The position numbers were made by a program, and so were the translations under genes. From an uncultured bacterium (lineage in GTDB: Bacteria; Krumholzibacteriota; Krumholzibacteriia; Krumholzibacteriales; Krumholzibacteriaceae): 64,000 nucleotides of DNA. The stretch is from contig CAWBAN010000003.1 of the NCBI GenBank assembly GCA_963786935.1, forward strand, positions 288,001-352,000, read 5' to 3'. Positions 10,313 to 19,995 of this stretch are shown here, in pieces (position 1 is the stretch's first letter; every line of letters starts with the position of its first letter). Below the pieces are notes generated by a model. The model was not told the DNA's origin and did no database searches. It worked only from the letters and a program-made list of their open reading frames with translations.

Positions 10313-11020
10313 ATGCACACGACGGCGATGCGGCACGGTGCCCTCTTTTTCGAGACCTACGCGAAGTCCCTCGGCGGGGGACGCGTGCTCGACATCGGCT
10401 CGCAGGACGTGAACGGCTCATTGAAGGACGTCTGCCCGCCCGCCTTCACCTATGTCGGCGTCGACTTCGTGCCCGGGAAGGGAGTGGACGTCGTTCTCGA
10501 CGACCCGTACGTTCTCCCCTTCGAATCCGAATCGTTCGACGCGGTCGTCACGAGCTCGTGCTTCGAGCATTCCCAGTTCTTCTGGGTGCTCTTTCTCGAG
10601 ATTCTTCGGGTGCTGAAGCCGGCGGGGCTCCTCTACCTGAACGTCCCCTCGAACGGGCTCTTCCACCGCTACCCGGTCGACTGCTGGCGCTTCTATCCGG
10701 ACAGCGGCGTCGCGCTGGCCGAATGGGGGAGGCGGAACAGCTACCGCTGCCGCCTGCTCGAGTCGTTCGTCGGCCGGCAGGGGCGCGAGCCGTGGAACGA
10801 TTTCGTCGCCGTCTTCGTGAAGGACGAGGCGCGCCGCGCCGCGCATCCCGACCGGATCCTCTCGAAGCACCGGGATTTCTACAACGGGATAACGGACGCG
10901 TCCGGCGAAGTTCTCAATCCCGAACGCCGATCGCAGGACGAGCTCTTCCGCGCCCCGACGCGGGTCGCGCGGAGGATCCTCGATGCGCTGCGTTCGCGGG
11001 GGCCGCGGCGCCTCGAGTGA
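10313..11020 (+). CDS. Class I SAM-dependent methyltransferase
   Basis: VLDIGSQDVNGS, FDAVVTSSCFEH, RVLKPAG, HRYPVDCWRFYPD. Confidence 0.85.
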   Translation: MHTTAMRHGALFFETYAKSLGGGRVLDIGSQDVNGSLKDVCPPAFTYVGVDFVPGKGVDVVLDDPYVLPFESESFDAVVTSSCFEHSQFFWVLFLEILRVLKPAGLLYLNVPSNGLFHRYPVDCWRFYPDSGVALAEWGRRNSYRCRLLESFVGRQGREPWNDFVAVFVKDEARRAAHPDRILSKHRDFYNGITDASGEVLNPERRSQDELFRAPTRVARRILDALRSRGPRRLE

Positions 11021-11050
11021 TCGGCAGATTGCCCGGCACATCGCGATCCG

Positions 11051-14000
11051 TCACTCACGAAGCTTCTTCAGCGCCTCGGCCGCGTTTGCGCTCGTCGGAT
11101 TGAGCTCGAGCGACTTCGCGTAGTTCGTGATCGCGAGCTCCTTCTCGCCGTTTTTCAGATAGGCCTCGCCGAGACTGTCATAGACGTTGGAAGACGCAGG
11201 ATAGAATTCCACGTTGAGCTTGAAGGCCGCGACGGCTTCCTTCGATTTGCCCTTTCCCATGAGATCGTAGCCGATGTTGTTGATTCTGTTTTCGGCTATT
11301 GCCGGATTGGCCGGATCGTTCTTCCTGATATCACGATACCGGGCGAGCGCCTCGTCGATGTTGCCCGCGCTCAGTTCCTCGTACGGAGTTCTCTCATCGT
11401 CGCTCATTCGGGGATACCGTTTGGAGAAGCCGCCCTCCGTGATTATCAGCCCATCGCCGCCCGTGTCGGAACCGCCGGCGAATCGCACCTTGCTGTCTCG
11501 ATCGCGGCGGATGAACTCGTCGTCGGCGATCGGATACAGCTCGATCGACGGTTCGCCGGTGACGTCGGCTTTCAGATGGTCGCCGTTCACCGTGACGATC
11601 GCCGTCTGATCGACGTCGAGGCGGTAGCGTCCCTCGAAGCGTCGCAGCCGATCGGGCGATACGGCGTACAGCTCGTACGGCTCGCTCAGGTACCCGTCCC
11701 ACGAGTATTCCTTCGCGATCGATCGGAGGATTTCGGGGAACAGCGCGTCACCCGCGCCGTTGGTCATGACGGCAGCTCCGTAGCCCTTGTCGCGGCTCGC
11801 GATCAAATAGCACCGGAATCCAAGATTGCCGCCGCCGTGAGAGAAGTAGACGTTGCCCCCGTAGTTCTGAACCTGAAATCCCAGCCCGTAGTCGAGCCCG
11901 ATGTAGGGCGTGACCATTTTCATCTCCGTCTCCCTCGAGAGAATCTTGTTCGATTTTCCCGCGAGCGAGAGCTGGTGCTCGATCGCGAACCGGGCGAGAT
12001 CGGTCGGCGTCGTCCACAGCCCCGCCGCGGCGAGCTCGGGATGGACGTTGTATTTTCCCTCGATGGGCTTGCCGTTTCGCCCGTGCGCCGACGCCGCGAG
12101 CGGCCGCAGCTCGGGCGGGAGCGGCTGGCTGTACGTGCTGCCGGTCATTCCCAATGGATCGAGAACCATCTCCTTCATGATTTGCGGATACGGTTTGTTG
12201 TCGAGCTCCGTCAGCAAATGCTGCAGTATCGTCGTGCCCCCGCCGGAGTAACGGAACGCGACGCCGGGCGCCGTATTGACGATAACGGGCCCCGAGTTCG
12301 CGGGGGGCTCCCCGTTCAATATCTGCACCACGGTCGGGAGCGGCGCTCCGATCTTGTAGCCTGGGAAGCCGCCCACGGTCGTTCCGCCGGTATGACTCAG
12401 GAGGTTGGCGATCGTCACCTTTTTCGCGGCGGTGAATTCGTTGTCGGGGAGCTTCCACGAACGCAGGTACGTGTTGACGTCTTCGTCGAGCGAGAGCGCG
12501 CCATCCTGGACCTTCCGCATGATCGCGGTCGCGTTGAGCGTCTTGCTGATGGATGCCGCCTGAAATACCGTTTGTTCCGTGACGGGCGTCTTCGTTTCGG
12601 CGTCGGCGACGCCGTACCCTTTCGCCCAGACGATCTGGAAATTCTCGATGACGGCGACGCTCACGCCCGGCACCTTGTAATGGTTCATACGCTCGAGGAT
12701 GTTCCACGCCTTCTCGCCCTTCACGAGCACCGGGGGGAGCAGCCCGTTCTCGACTCGTTCGATCCGCGCTCCCCGGTCGCCTTCGGCGCGGTTGCCGTAG
12801 ACGTCGAGCGGCACCGGCGCGCCGATGCCGAGCGAGTCGAGCCCCGCTCGCTGCGAGGCGGCGTCGCCCACGACCACGTAGATCAGGTCCTTTTCGTCGA
12901 GATATTTTTCGATGACACGGTGAAAATCGGCGAGCTCGAGCCCCATGAGCTCGCGCTGATCGAGCTCGATGTAATTCGCCGGGCGGCGGTACTTGGCGAT
13001 CTGCCCCAGCATGCCGCGCTTCGCGGTGAGCGACTCGAATTCGAGCGTGCCGCGCTTGATCACCATGTTCTTGGTGGTCGCGAGCTCCTTCTCGCCGAAG
13101 GTCGCCCGGTACTCGGAGACGAGCTTCCGTATAAGCTCGAGCGACTCGAGCGTCGCGTTGGATCGCACGCTCGTATACATCGTGATCGGCGCGATCTCGA
13201 GACGGTTGTCGACGCGCGAATAGGCGCCGTAGGTGAATCCCTTCTCGAGCCGCAGGAGCTGGAAGAGCCTGCCGCTCGAGCCGGTCCCGAGGACTTCGTT
13301 CGCGTAGACGAGGTTGTTGTAGTCGTCGTCCGTCGCGGGGAGCGCGAGATGCCCCGCGAAGATCACGGACTGCTTCGCGCCGGACCGGTCGACGAAGAAT
13401 ATCCGGGCTCCGTGCTCCGCCGGCACCTCGAACGAGGGGAATGCGACCTCGCGCCGGTTCCAGCCGCGCCCGAGGGGCTTCAGCGACTTGAGCACGCGAT
13501 CCTTCGCGACGTCGCCCGCGACCTGGAATGTGGCCACGGACGGCGAGAAGTTCCTCGCGTAGTACTGTTTGAGATCGTCGATCGAAATCGCCGCGATGCC
13601 CTCCGGGGTGCCGATCGGCCGGCTCTTCGGATGGGAGTCGCCGTAGAGCAGGCGGCGGTACACCGTGGCGGCGATCTGGTTCGGATTCGATTCGTACGCC
13701 TTGAAACGGGTGAGGAACTCCTGTTTGATCCGCGCGAATTCGGTCTCGTCCCAGCGCGGCTCGAGCAGCATCTCGGTTACGATGTCGATCGTCGCCTCGA
13801 AGTTCCGGGCGAGCGTCGTGCCCGTCACGAGTATCTCCTCGTCGCTCGCGGCGGTCGTGATCGAGGCGCCGAGGAGCCCGATCGCCTCCTCGAGCTCGGC
13901 GGGCGTGCGTTTCTTCGTTCCCTCCATCATGAGCCGCGACATGAGCTCCGCCGTGCCGATCTTGTCCGCCGGATCGAGCCAGCGGCCGCCGCGGACCATC

Positions 14001-15640
14001 AGCTCGAAGCGCACGAGGGGCACCTCGCCCTGCTCGATGCCGTAGAGGGCGAGGCCGTTCGAGAGCTTCCCCGTCCAGACGGCCGGCGCGCGCAGGAGCG
14101 GCGGCGCCCCGAGCGGCGGCTCGGAGCGGTCATACTTCGTCGGCGTCTTCTCGCATTGCGCTTCTTCCCCGGCCGAGACTTCCTCCTGCTGCTGCGACGA
14201 GCCTGCTGCTTCCTGCCAGATCTCCGCCTTCCGGGCTCCCTCGACGGCGAGCTGCGGCTGCCCCTTCGGCACGAAGCTCGTCATGACGTACGGTCTGCCT
14301 TTCAGGTATCGATGGAAGACGTTCATGATGTCCGCCGGGGTGAGCTTCGAATAGCGTTCGGCCTCGGCCGAGGCGCGACCGGGATCCCCGGAGTACTCGT
14401 TCGAATAGGCGAGCTGAAAGGCCTTGTTGAGGATGGTCTCGAGCTGCTGCGAGAGGGCGAGCTCGTACTGGGCCTTCGTGTAGCGGAGCTCGCTCTCGGA
14501 TACGCCGTCGCGCTCGAATCTCGCGAGCGCCTCGTCGATCGCGACCTTGACGCTGTCGAGATCGACGCCCTCGTTCGCCCGAATGCGGATGCCGAACTCG
14601 CCGGCGATCTCCATGCTGTTCTGACGGGCATTGACCTCCGGCGCGAGCTTCCGTTTTTCGACGATCGTCTTGTACAGCGACGCCTTCTTGCTGCCGGCGA
14701 GGAGCGATGCGAGCGCCTCGAGCGCGACGTCATCCCCCTGGTATTGCGCAACCGTCGGGAAGATGATCTGGATCTCGGGGAGCTTCGCGAAGTTGTCCTC
14801 GTGATAGAAGGACTTCGACTCCGCGAGCGCGGTGGGGGCGGGCGGGATCGGCGCGACGTCCGGTCCCCGGCGGATCTCTCCGAACCACCGCTCGACGAGC
14901 CGTTTTGTCTCCGCGATATCGATATCCCCCGCGATGACGAGCGTGGCGTTCGCCGCGCCGTAGAAGCGGTCGTAGAACTCCTTCACGTCGGCGAGCGCCG
15001 CCGCTTGCAGGTCGGGAAGCGATCCGATCGTCGTCCAGTGATACGGGTGCTCGGCCGGATAGAGCGCCGCGCGCTGCACCTCGTCCGTGTAGCCGTAGGG
15101 GGCGTTGTCGACGATCTGGCGCTTCTCGTTCTTCACGACCTGCTTCTCGCGCTCGAGCGCCGCCTCGGTGACCGTGTTGATCATGAAGCCGAGCCGGTCG
15201 GAGTCGATCCAGAGGATCTTCTCGAACGCATCCTTCGGTACGACCTCGTAGTAGACGGTCCCGTCGGCGGAGGTGCCGCCGTTCCGTTGCCCGCCGAGCT
15301 CGGGGATGAGCTTGCGGTTCGCGCCGCGAGGGGTGTTCTCCGAGTCGTTGAACGACATGTGCTCGAAGAAGTGCGCGAAACCGGTGCGCCCCGGTTTCTC
15401 GCGGTTCGATCCGACGTGCACGACCGTCGCGACCGCGACGATCGGATCGGAGTGGTCCTCGTGGAGCACGACCTCGAGTCCGTTCGGGAGCGTGTATTTC
15501 TCGTACTTGATTTGAAATGATGAGGGCGAGCTCTTGCCGGCCTTCGCGGCCGCCGAGGGCCCGCCGGGAGCGACCGCCGAAACCGCGACAGTCAGCGCCG
15601 CGATCGCGAGCGAAATACCGACGATCTTCGATCTGCTCAT
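11051..15640 (-). CDS. Fusion: M16 (insulinase/PqqL-like) zinc peptidase + AmpC-type serine hydrolase + TPR
   Basis: Start MSRSKIV (15640) after SD AAAGGAG; signal peptide; HFFEH inverted Zn motif; FQAASISK (SxxK), FRYSGGG, HGG; C-terminal TPR NVYDSLGEAY...SLELNP. Confidence 0.85.
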   Translation of the reverse strand: MSRSKIVGISLAIAALTVAVSAVAPGGPSAAAKAGKSSPSSFQIKYEKYTLPNGLEVVLHEDHSDPIVAVATVVHVGSNREKPGRTGFAHFFEHMSFNDSENTPRGANRKLIPELGGQRNGGTSADGTVYYEVVPKDAFEKILWIDSDRLGFMINTVTEAALEREKQVVKNEKRQIVDNAPYGYTDEVQRAALYPAEHPYHWTTIGSLPDLQAAALADVKEFYDRFYGAANATLVIAGDIDIAETKRLVERWFGEIRRGPDVAPIPPAPTALAESKSFYHEDNFAKLPEIQIIFPTVAQYQGDDVALEALASLLAGSKKASLYKTIVEKRKLAPEVNARQNSMEIAGEFGIRIRANEGVDLDSVKVAIDEALARFERDGVSESELRYTKAQYELALSQQLETILNKAFQLAYSNEYSGDPGRASAEAERYSKLTPADIMNVFHRYLKGRPYVMTSFVPKGQPQLAVEGARKAEIWQEAAGSSQQQEEVSAGEEAQCEKTPTKYDRSEPPLGAPPLLRAPAVWTGKLSNGLALYGIEQGEVPLVRFELMVRGGRWLDPADKIGTAELMSRLMMEGTKKRTPAELEEAIGLLGASITTAASDEEILVTGTTLARNFEATIDIVTEMLLEPRWDETEFARIKQEFLTRFKAYESNPNQIAATVYRRLLYGDSHPKSRPIGTPEGIAAISIDDLKQYYARNFSPSVATFQVAGDVAKDRVLKSLKPLGRGWNRREVAFPSFEVPAEHGARIFFVDRSGAKQSVIFAGHLALPATDDDYNNLVYANEVLGTGSSGRLFQLLRLEKGFTYGAYSRVDNRLEIAPITMYTSVRSNATLESLELIRKLVSEYRATFGEKELATTKNMVIKRGTLEFESLTAKRGMLGQIAKYRRPANYIELDQRELMGLELADFHRVIEKYLDEKDLIYVVVGDAASQRAGLDSLGIGAPVPLDVYGNRAEGDRGARIERVENGLLPPVLVKGEKAWNILERMNHYKVPGVSVAVIENFQIVWAKGYGVADAETKTPVTEQTVFQAASISKTLNATAIMRKVQDGALSLDEDVNTYLRSWKLPDNEFTAAKKVTIANLLSHTGGTTVGGFPGYKIGAPLPTVVQILNGEPPANSGPVIVNTAPGVAFRYSGGGTTILQHLLTELDNKPYPQIMKEMVLDPLGMTGSTYSQPLPPELRPLAASAHGRNGKPIEGKYNVHPELAAAGLWTTPTDLARFAIEHQLSLAGKSNKILSRETEMKMVTPYIGLDYGLGFQVQNYGGNVYFSHGGGNLGFRCYLIASRDKGYGAAVMTNGAGDALFPEILRSIAKEYSWDGYLSEPYELYAVSPDRLRRFEGRYRLDVDQTAIVTVNGDHLKADVTGEPSIELYPIADDEFIRRDRDSKVRFAGGSDTGGDGLIITEGGFSKRYPRMSDDERTPYEELSAGNIDEALARYRDIRKNDPANPAIAENRINNIGYDLMGKGKSKEAVAAFKLNVEFYPASSNVYDSLGEAYLKNGEKELAITNYAKSLELNPTSANAAEALKKLRE

Positions 15641-15883
15641 ATCCCAGCGGCTCCTTTCGTTTTCGATTTTCCCCCGTGTTTCCGGTGAGCATGCTTTGAT
15701 GGAGGAGCGGCATGTATGCCGACACGACATTATACACATTTCGGGAGGAGAAGTGCCGCGGGTTCCGGCGTTTTCGGCGAAGGCGTCCGAGCGCGCCGGG
15801 ATCATCTTCTTCGAATCCCGCTCGGCGTTCGCTTCGAGCCGGCAGAGGTACACGTCCGAGGCAGCCGCCCGGCCGCCGGAGGG

Positions 15884-15912
15884 TTGACCACCGCCAGTTT
15901 CAGCGGTATAAT
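15884..15912 (+). promoter_or_regulatory. Sigma70 promoter for the 15953 gene
   Basis: TTGACC-17 nt-TATAAT. Confidence 0.75.
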
Positions 15913-15952
15913 AGCGATTGGAAACTGTCATCGAAGAGTTGAGGAGGTTCCG

Positions 15953-17116
15953 ATGATCATCGGCAAGCGCAGGCGGTTGGCGATGATAGTCTCTGCGGTT
16001 ATCGCTGTCCTGATCGTGGGCGGCATCGTCGGATTCCGCGTGGCGGTCGGGGTTCTGAAGGGCAGGATAGTTGAGGTCTTGGGGTCGACCAGCGAGATCG
16101 GGGACATTCAGCTCGGTTGGTTCAGCGTGAATGTGGAGGAGCTGCGAATCAAGGGAGCGAGCGGGTGGCCCGCGGCCGATGCGCTGCGGGCGGAGCGTGT
16201 GACTGTTGTCCCCAGCCTGCGCAGCCTCTTCTCCCGACAGTACCGGGTCCGCTCCATTACGATCTTCAGGCCCTATCTTTCGGCACTCCGGACCAAGGAG
16301 GGGAAGCTCCAGATACTCCCCGGGCTGTTGACGGGGGTGGTGGCCGCGGACCAAGCGCAAACCCTCTCGAATCTCGCTGACGCCTCCCCGAAGGTGACCA
16401 TCGGGCGTATCACGCTCGAGGACGGCGTCGTGGATCTTTACGATGCGACGGTGGTCCAGCCTCCGTTGAGAATCCGGATGGAGCAGATTGAAGCCACGGT
16501 GCGGGGCATGGCGGTTCCGGATCTCAGGGGCAAGAGTCGCTTCGAGCTCACCGGCGTCGTGAAGGGCGTTCAGCGGGATGGGCAGATCATGATTGAGGGG
16601 TGGGTCGAGGTCGGCACCGGGAACTCCTCGGTGAAAATGGAGCTGCGGTCGGTGGACATGGTGACACTCCAGCCCTATCTCATCAAAGAGGGCGAGGCGG
16701 GCGTTCAGAAGGGCACTTTCGACCTCGATCTGCAATCGGATGTGAGCAATAATCGGTTGAAGGCGCTCGGGAAAGCCAAGATCTCGGAACTGGAGCTCGT
16801 CCCGGCCGAGAGCGCGATCGGCACCTTCATGGGCCTTTCCCGTCAGGCCATGTTGGCCTACCTGATGCGCAATGACGGCACGATCACCGTTGATTTTATG
16901 CTCGAGGGGGATATCAACGATCCCCAGTTCTCCCTCAACCAGGCGTTCACCACGCGCTTAGCGTTCGCGATGGCGAACATTCTCGGGCTCGACTTCCCGG
17001 GGATGGCAAAAGATGTGGGCGACCTGGGGCAGGCGGGAGGGGAGGCGGTAGGTCAAGCGGCGAAGAGCACGGGGGGCTGGCTGTACCGTCTTTTTGGGGG
17101 CAAGAAGAAGCCATAG
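15953..17116 (+). CDS. DUF748/AsmA-like envelope protein
   Basis: SD GAGGAGG; N-terminal TM anchor; beta-rich body; C-terminal GTITVDFMLEGDINDPQFSL. Confidence 0.7.
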   Translation: MIIGKRRRLAMIVSAVIAVLIVGGIVGFRVAVGVLKGRIVEVLGSTSEIGDIQLGWFSVNVEELRIKGASGWPAADALRAERVTVVPSLRSLFSRQYRVRSITIFRPYLSALRTKEGKLQILPGLLTGVVAADQAQTLSNLADASPKVTIGRITLEDGVVDLYDATVVQPPLRIRMEQIEATVRGMAVPDLRGKSRFELTGVVKGVQRDGQIMIEGWVEVGTGNSSVKMELRSVDMVTLQPYLIKEGEAGVQKGTFDLDLQSDVSNNRLKALGKAKISELELVPAESAIGTFMGLSRQAMLAYLMRNDGTITVDFMLEGDINDPQFSLNQAFTTRLAFAMANILGLDFPGMAKDVGDLGQAGGEAVGQAAKSTGGWLYRLFGGKKKP

Positions 17117-17148
17117 ACCATGAGATTCTGCGATGGAGGGGTCTTGCA

Positions 17149-17805
17149 ATGGCAAAGATTCGGATCCTGCTGATTGAAGACAACCGCTTTCTTCGGGAAG
17201 GCATCGCCGCTATGCTCAACGGCCAGAGCGATCTCGAAGTCGTCGCGCGAGCCGAAGACGGCAATGCGGTGAGTGAGCTGAAGAGAATGAAGAAATCCCC
17301 TGACATCATCCTTCTGGATCTTGGACTGGAAAAGGAAAACAGCCTGAATTTGATGACCGTGCTGCTGGAAGAAGTGCCGGCGGCACGGATCATCGCTATG
17401 GATATATTCCCCGAGCAGCTCGACATCGTCGAGTTCGTGAAAGCCGGCGGCAGCGGCTTCATCCTCAAGAATGCCCCGTCGAGCGATTACATCAAGACCA
17501 TCAGGGCCGTCATGGAAGGTTCGAAAGTGCTTCCACCGGCTCTGACCAATTCGCTCTTCACTCAGATCGTTGAATCGGCGCTCAAAACCGGGAACGGCAT
17601 CCCCAATAGCTCAATACAGCTGACCGTACGCGAACGGGAGGTCGTCGCCCTGATTTCCGAAGGCTTGAGCAACAAGGACATCGCCGAGCGTCTTCACATC
17701 GCAACACATACCGTCAAGAGTCATATACACAACATCCTGGAGAAACTGGCGCTCGGCACCCGCCTGCAAATAGCCGCCTTCGCCCGCAAAGAAGAATCCG
17801 AATGA
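17149..17805 (+). CDS. NarL/LuxR-family response regulator (orphan)
   Basis: Receiver ILLIEDN, DIILLDL, GFILKN; LuxR HTH LTVREREV...GLSNKDIAERLHIATHTVKSHIHNILEKL. Confidence 0.92.
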   Translation: MAKIRILLIEDNRFLREGIAAMLNGQSDLEVVARAEDGNAVSELKRMKKSPDIILLDLGLEKENSLNLMTVLLEEVPAARIIAMDIFPEQLDIVEFVKAGGSGFILKNAPSSDYIKTIRAVMEGSKVLPPALTNSLFTQIVESALKTGNGIPNSSIQLTVREREVVALISEGLSNKDIAERLHIATHTVKSHIHNILEKLALGTRLQIAAFARKEESE

Positions 17806-17811
17806 TCGAAT

Positions 17812-17983
17812 TCGGATACCGATTCCCCATCAGGAGACGCATCGGGCTCGCTCCCGAGGACTAGCTCCTTTTCCGTCCCTTGGAGCGATTCCCCCGCGAC
17901 AGTTTCCCGAGTACACTTTATTCATGGAACACTACACCGGACAATATTCTGAAAGGAGCATGGATCCGCTGTCACGGTGCGGG
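17812..17983 (+). repeat. 172-bp non-coding element, copy 1 (probable regulated promoter/leader)
   Basis: Ungapped alignment to 19784-19955, about 37 mismatches in 172 nt by manual count; -10-like TACACT at 17912. Confidence 0.85.
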
Positions 17984-18093
17984 CAGCTGATGAGCTTCGT
18001 TTTCCACGACGAAGTTGATGCCGATTCGGGCAGTGACTCCTATGTCTTTGCTGCCGGCTTGTTTTTCAATCTCTGATCACTCAGGAGGGCGCA

Positions 18094-18348
18094 ATGCGCA
18101 AAGCAATGATAAGAATCATATTTCTCTGCCTCGTGGCACTCGCTGCGGCGCTGCAGCCGGGATGCTCCGGCACACTGTTCTTTAGACCGGCCAAACCGCC
18201 CGTTATCGTCGAGGTGAGGTCCACTCCACCGCACGCGGAAGCGCAGTGGGTCGCAGGACACTACCGGTGGGATGGTCACCAGGATAACTGGGTCTGGGCT
18301 CCCGGTCACTGGAAGAACGGCCATCAAAAGCACCAGAACAAAGGGTAG
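18094..18348 (+). CDS. Small lipoprotein with YXWGXW-type Trp/Gly repeats
   Basis: Lipobox-like LQPGC; WVAGHYRW...WVWAPGHW. Confidence 0.75.
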   Translation: MRKAMIRIIFLCLVALAAALQPGCSGTLFFRPAKPPVIVEVRSTPPHAEAQWVAGHYRWDGHQDNWVWAPGHWKNGHQKHQNKG

Positions 18349-18429
18349 TCAAGGGGAGAGCGCTCCGGGCGCCTCGCCAGGCGCGGAGCACGTTCTCTTG
18401 TTTTCCATGTTTCGACAGGGAGGTCGGTC

Positions 18430-19647
18430 ATGAAGCGCATTTTGTGGATTATCCCCCTGATTTTCCTGCTAACCGCAGGCGGCGGCGCCATCTCGAGCGG
18501 ATGCTCCGCAGCGATCGGCGGCTCTAACGCCGTCGGCGGGCAGGACTACAGGCAGGACTATGGGCAGGGCAACGGCCAGGAATATGGAATGGAGCTGGAC
18601 GTCAACTACGATTATGAATATCTGGCCCCGTACGGAGACTGGGTCATCATGAATCCCTATGGCTACGTCTGGGTCCCCCGGCACATGGGCTACCGCTGGC
18701 GGCCCTACAGCGACGGACATTGGGTCTGGACCGACTACGGCTGGACTTGGATCGACAATTCCGAGTGGGGCTGGATTCCCTTCCACTATGGCCGCTGGAA
18801 CATGGATAATGATATCGGCTGGTATTGGGTCCCCGGCACAACGTGGGGGCCGGCTTGGGTCACCTGGCGTTCGAACGACATGTACATGGGTTGGGCGCCC
18901 TTGCCGCCCGGTGTAGAGTTGCGGGCCGGGATGGACTTCGCCTCACTCAGGATCGATATTCCGGGAAGCTTCTGGATCTTCATCGGCGGGTCACATTTCC
19001 TGGACCGCGATATCCATTCCTATGTTCTTCCTTACGAGCGCAATACGACGATTGTCTACAATACGACAATCTACAATAACTATAGCTTCAAGGGGAACAG
19101 GTTCGTCAACAATGGGATAGGAATGGACCATGTCCGGCGCTTTACCGGGCGGGATGCCCCCCGCTACACGATCCAGGATACCCGGCAGCCGGGTCGGGCC
19201 CGCATCGCCGGGAACGAGGTCCAGGTCTACAGGCCTTCATTCAGGGAAGATCCCAGCGCCCGGCCGAAAACTTACATTGATAAGGACCGGGCCCGGCAGG
19301 AGCTCGCTCCGGCCAAAGTCTTCGAGCCTCCACAGCAGCCGGTGAAGGGCACCCCCGAGAAGTACGTCAGTCAGCGGCAAGACCGGGAACGGAAGCTCCT
19401 GAATGAAACTCAATCGCAGGAGATGAAGGCCATGAATCGGCAGCAGAACGCGCAGCTGTCGAAAGCCCGGCAAAGCTCTGAAAGAGCCAAAGTCCAGAAG
19501 GACTACCAGGTGAAGAAATCCGAACTGGCGAAGCAGCATCAGGTGGAAAAGCAGCAGCTGGAACAGCGCCATAAAACGGACACCGAACAGGTCAAGCGCG
19601 CGACCCCGGCCGATAAGAACGCTCAGTCCAAGAAGGACAAGAAATAG
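18430..19647 (+). CDS. DUF6600-domain secreted protein with Gln/Lys-rich helical tail
   Basis: LAPYGDW...YGYVWVP...WRPYSDGHWVWTDYGWTW...WGWIPFHYGRW...WGPAWVTWR...GWAPLPP. Confidence 0.8.
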   Translation: MKRILWIIPLIFLLTAGGGAISSGCSAAIGGSNAVGGQDYRQDYGQGNGQEYGMELDVNYDYEYLAPYGDWVIMNPYGYVWVPRHMGYRWRPYSDGHWVWTDYGWTWIDNSEWGWIPFHYGRWNMDNDIGWYWVPGTTWGPAWVTWRSNDMYMGWAPLPPGVELRAGMDFASLRIDIPGSFWIFIGGSHFLDRDIHSYVLPYERNTTIVYNTTIYNNYSFKGNRFVNNGIGMDHVRRFTGRDAPRYTIQDTRQPGRARIAGNEVQVYRPSFREDPSARPKTYIDKDRARQELAPAKVFEPPQQPVKGTPEKYVSQRQDRERKLLNETQSQEMKAMNRQQNAQLSKARQSSERAKVQKDYQVKKSELAKQHQVEKQQLEQRHKTDTEQVKRATPADKNAQSKKDKK

Positions 19648-19657
19648 GGAGCGATGG

Positions 19658-19699
19658 AAGAGGGACGGTCCCGTTCGCGGGGCGGTCCCTCTTTCTTTC
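19658..19699 (+). terminator. Intrinsic terminator after the DUF6600 gene
   Basis: AAGAGGGAC..CCG-TTCG-CGG..GTCCCTCTT stem followed by TCTTT. Confidence 0.75.
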
Positions 19700-19783
19700 G
19701 GGAGATCGGCGCGCCGCCTGTCGCCGGCGCAAATGACTCGGAGGTTCTGGATGCGTCCAAAGATCGTGAACGCAAATCTGCTG

Positions 19784-19955
19784 TCGGAAGCCGATTCCTC
19801 ATCAGGCGATGCATCAGGCTCGCTCTTAGGGACTAGCTCCTTTTCCATCCCTTGGGGCGATTCACGCGCGGCAATCTCCCGAGTATACTTCCTTTATAGA
19901 ACGCGACACGGAACAATTTGCCGAAAGGAGCGTCGATGCGTTGCTGCGGAGCGGG
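19784..19955 (+). repeat. 172-bp non-coding element, copy 2
   Basis: Direct repeat of 17812-17983 at offset 1972; -10-like TATACT at 19884. Confidence 0.85.
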
Positions 19956-19995
19956 TAAACATTCAATTCGATCTCACACTGCGAAAGGGGCAGAT

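Noticed and set aside
11576..15520. 1314-aa plus-strand ORF and similar long antisense ORFs (25365-27251, 32274-34346, 44479-46068, 58024-60054, 60124-62118)
   Set aside because: They mirror well-supported genes; Arg/Val/Leu-rich shadow translations are expected in high-GC DNA and show no motifs.
15641..16735. 365-aa N-terminal extension of the 1894-aa ORF
   Set aside because: Antisense shadow of the DUF748 gene plus intergenic DNA; SD and signal peptide mark the real start at 15640.
18541..18588. Four 12-nt quasi-repeats (QDYR/QDYG/QGNG/QEYG) in the DUF6600 gene
   Set aside because: Short in-frame low-complexity linker, degenerate, with no sign of phase variation.
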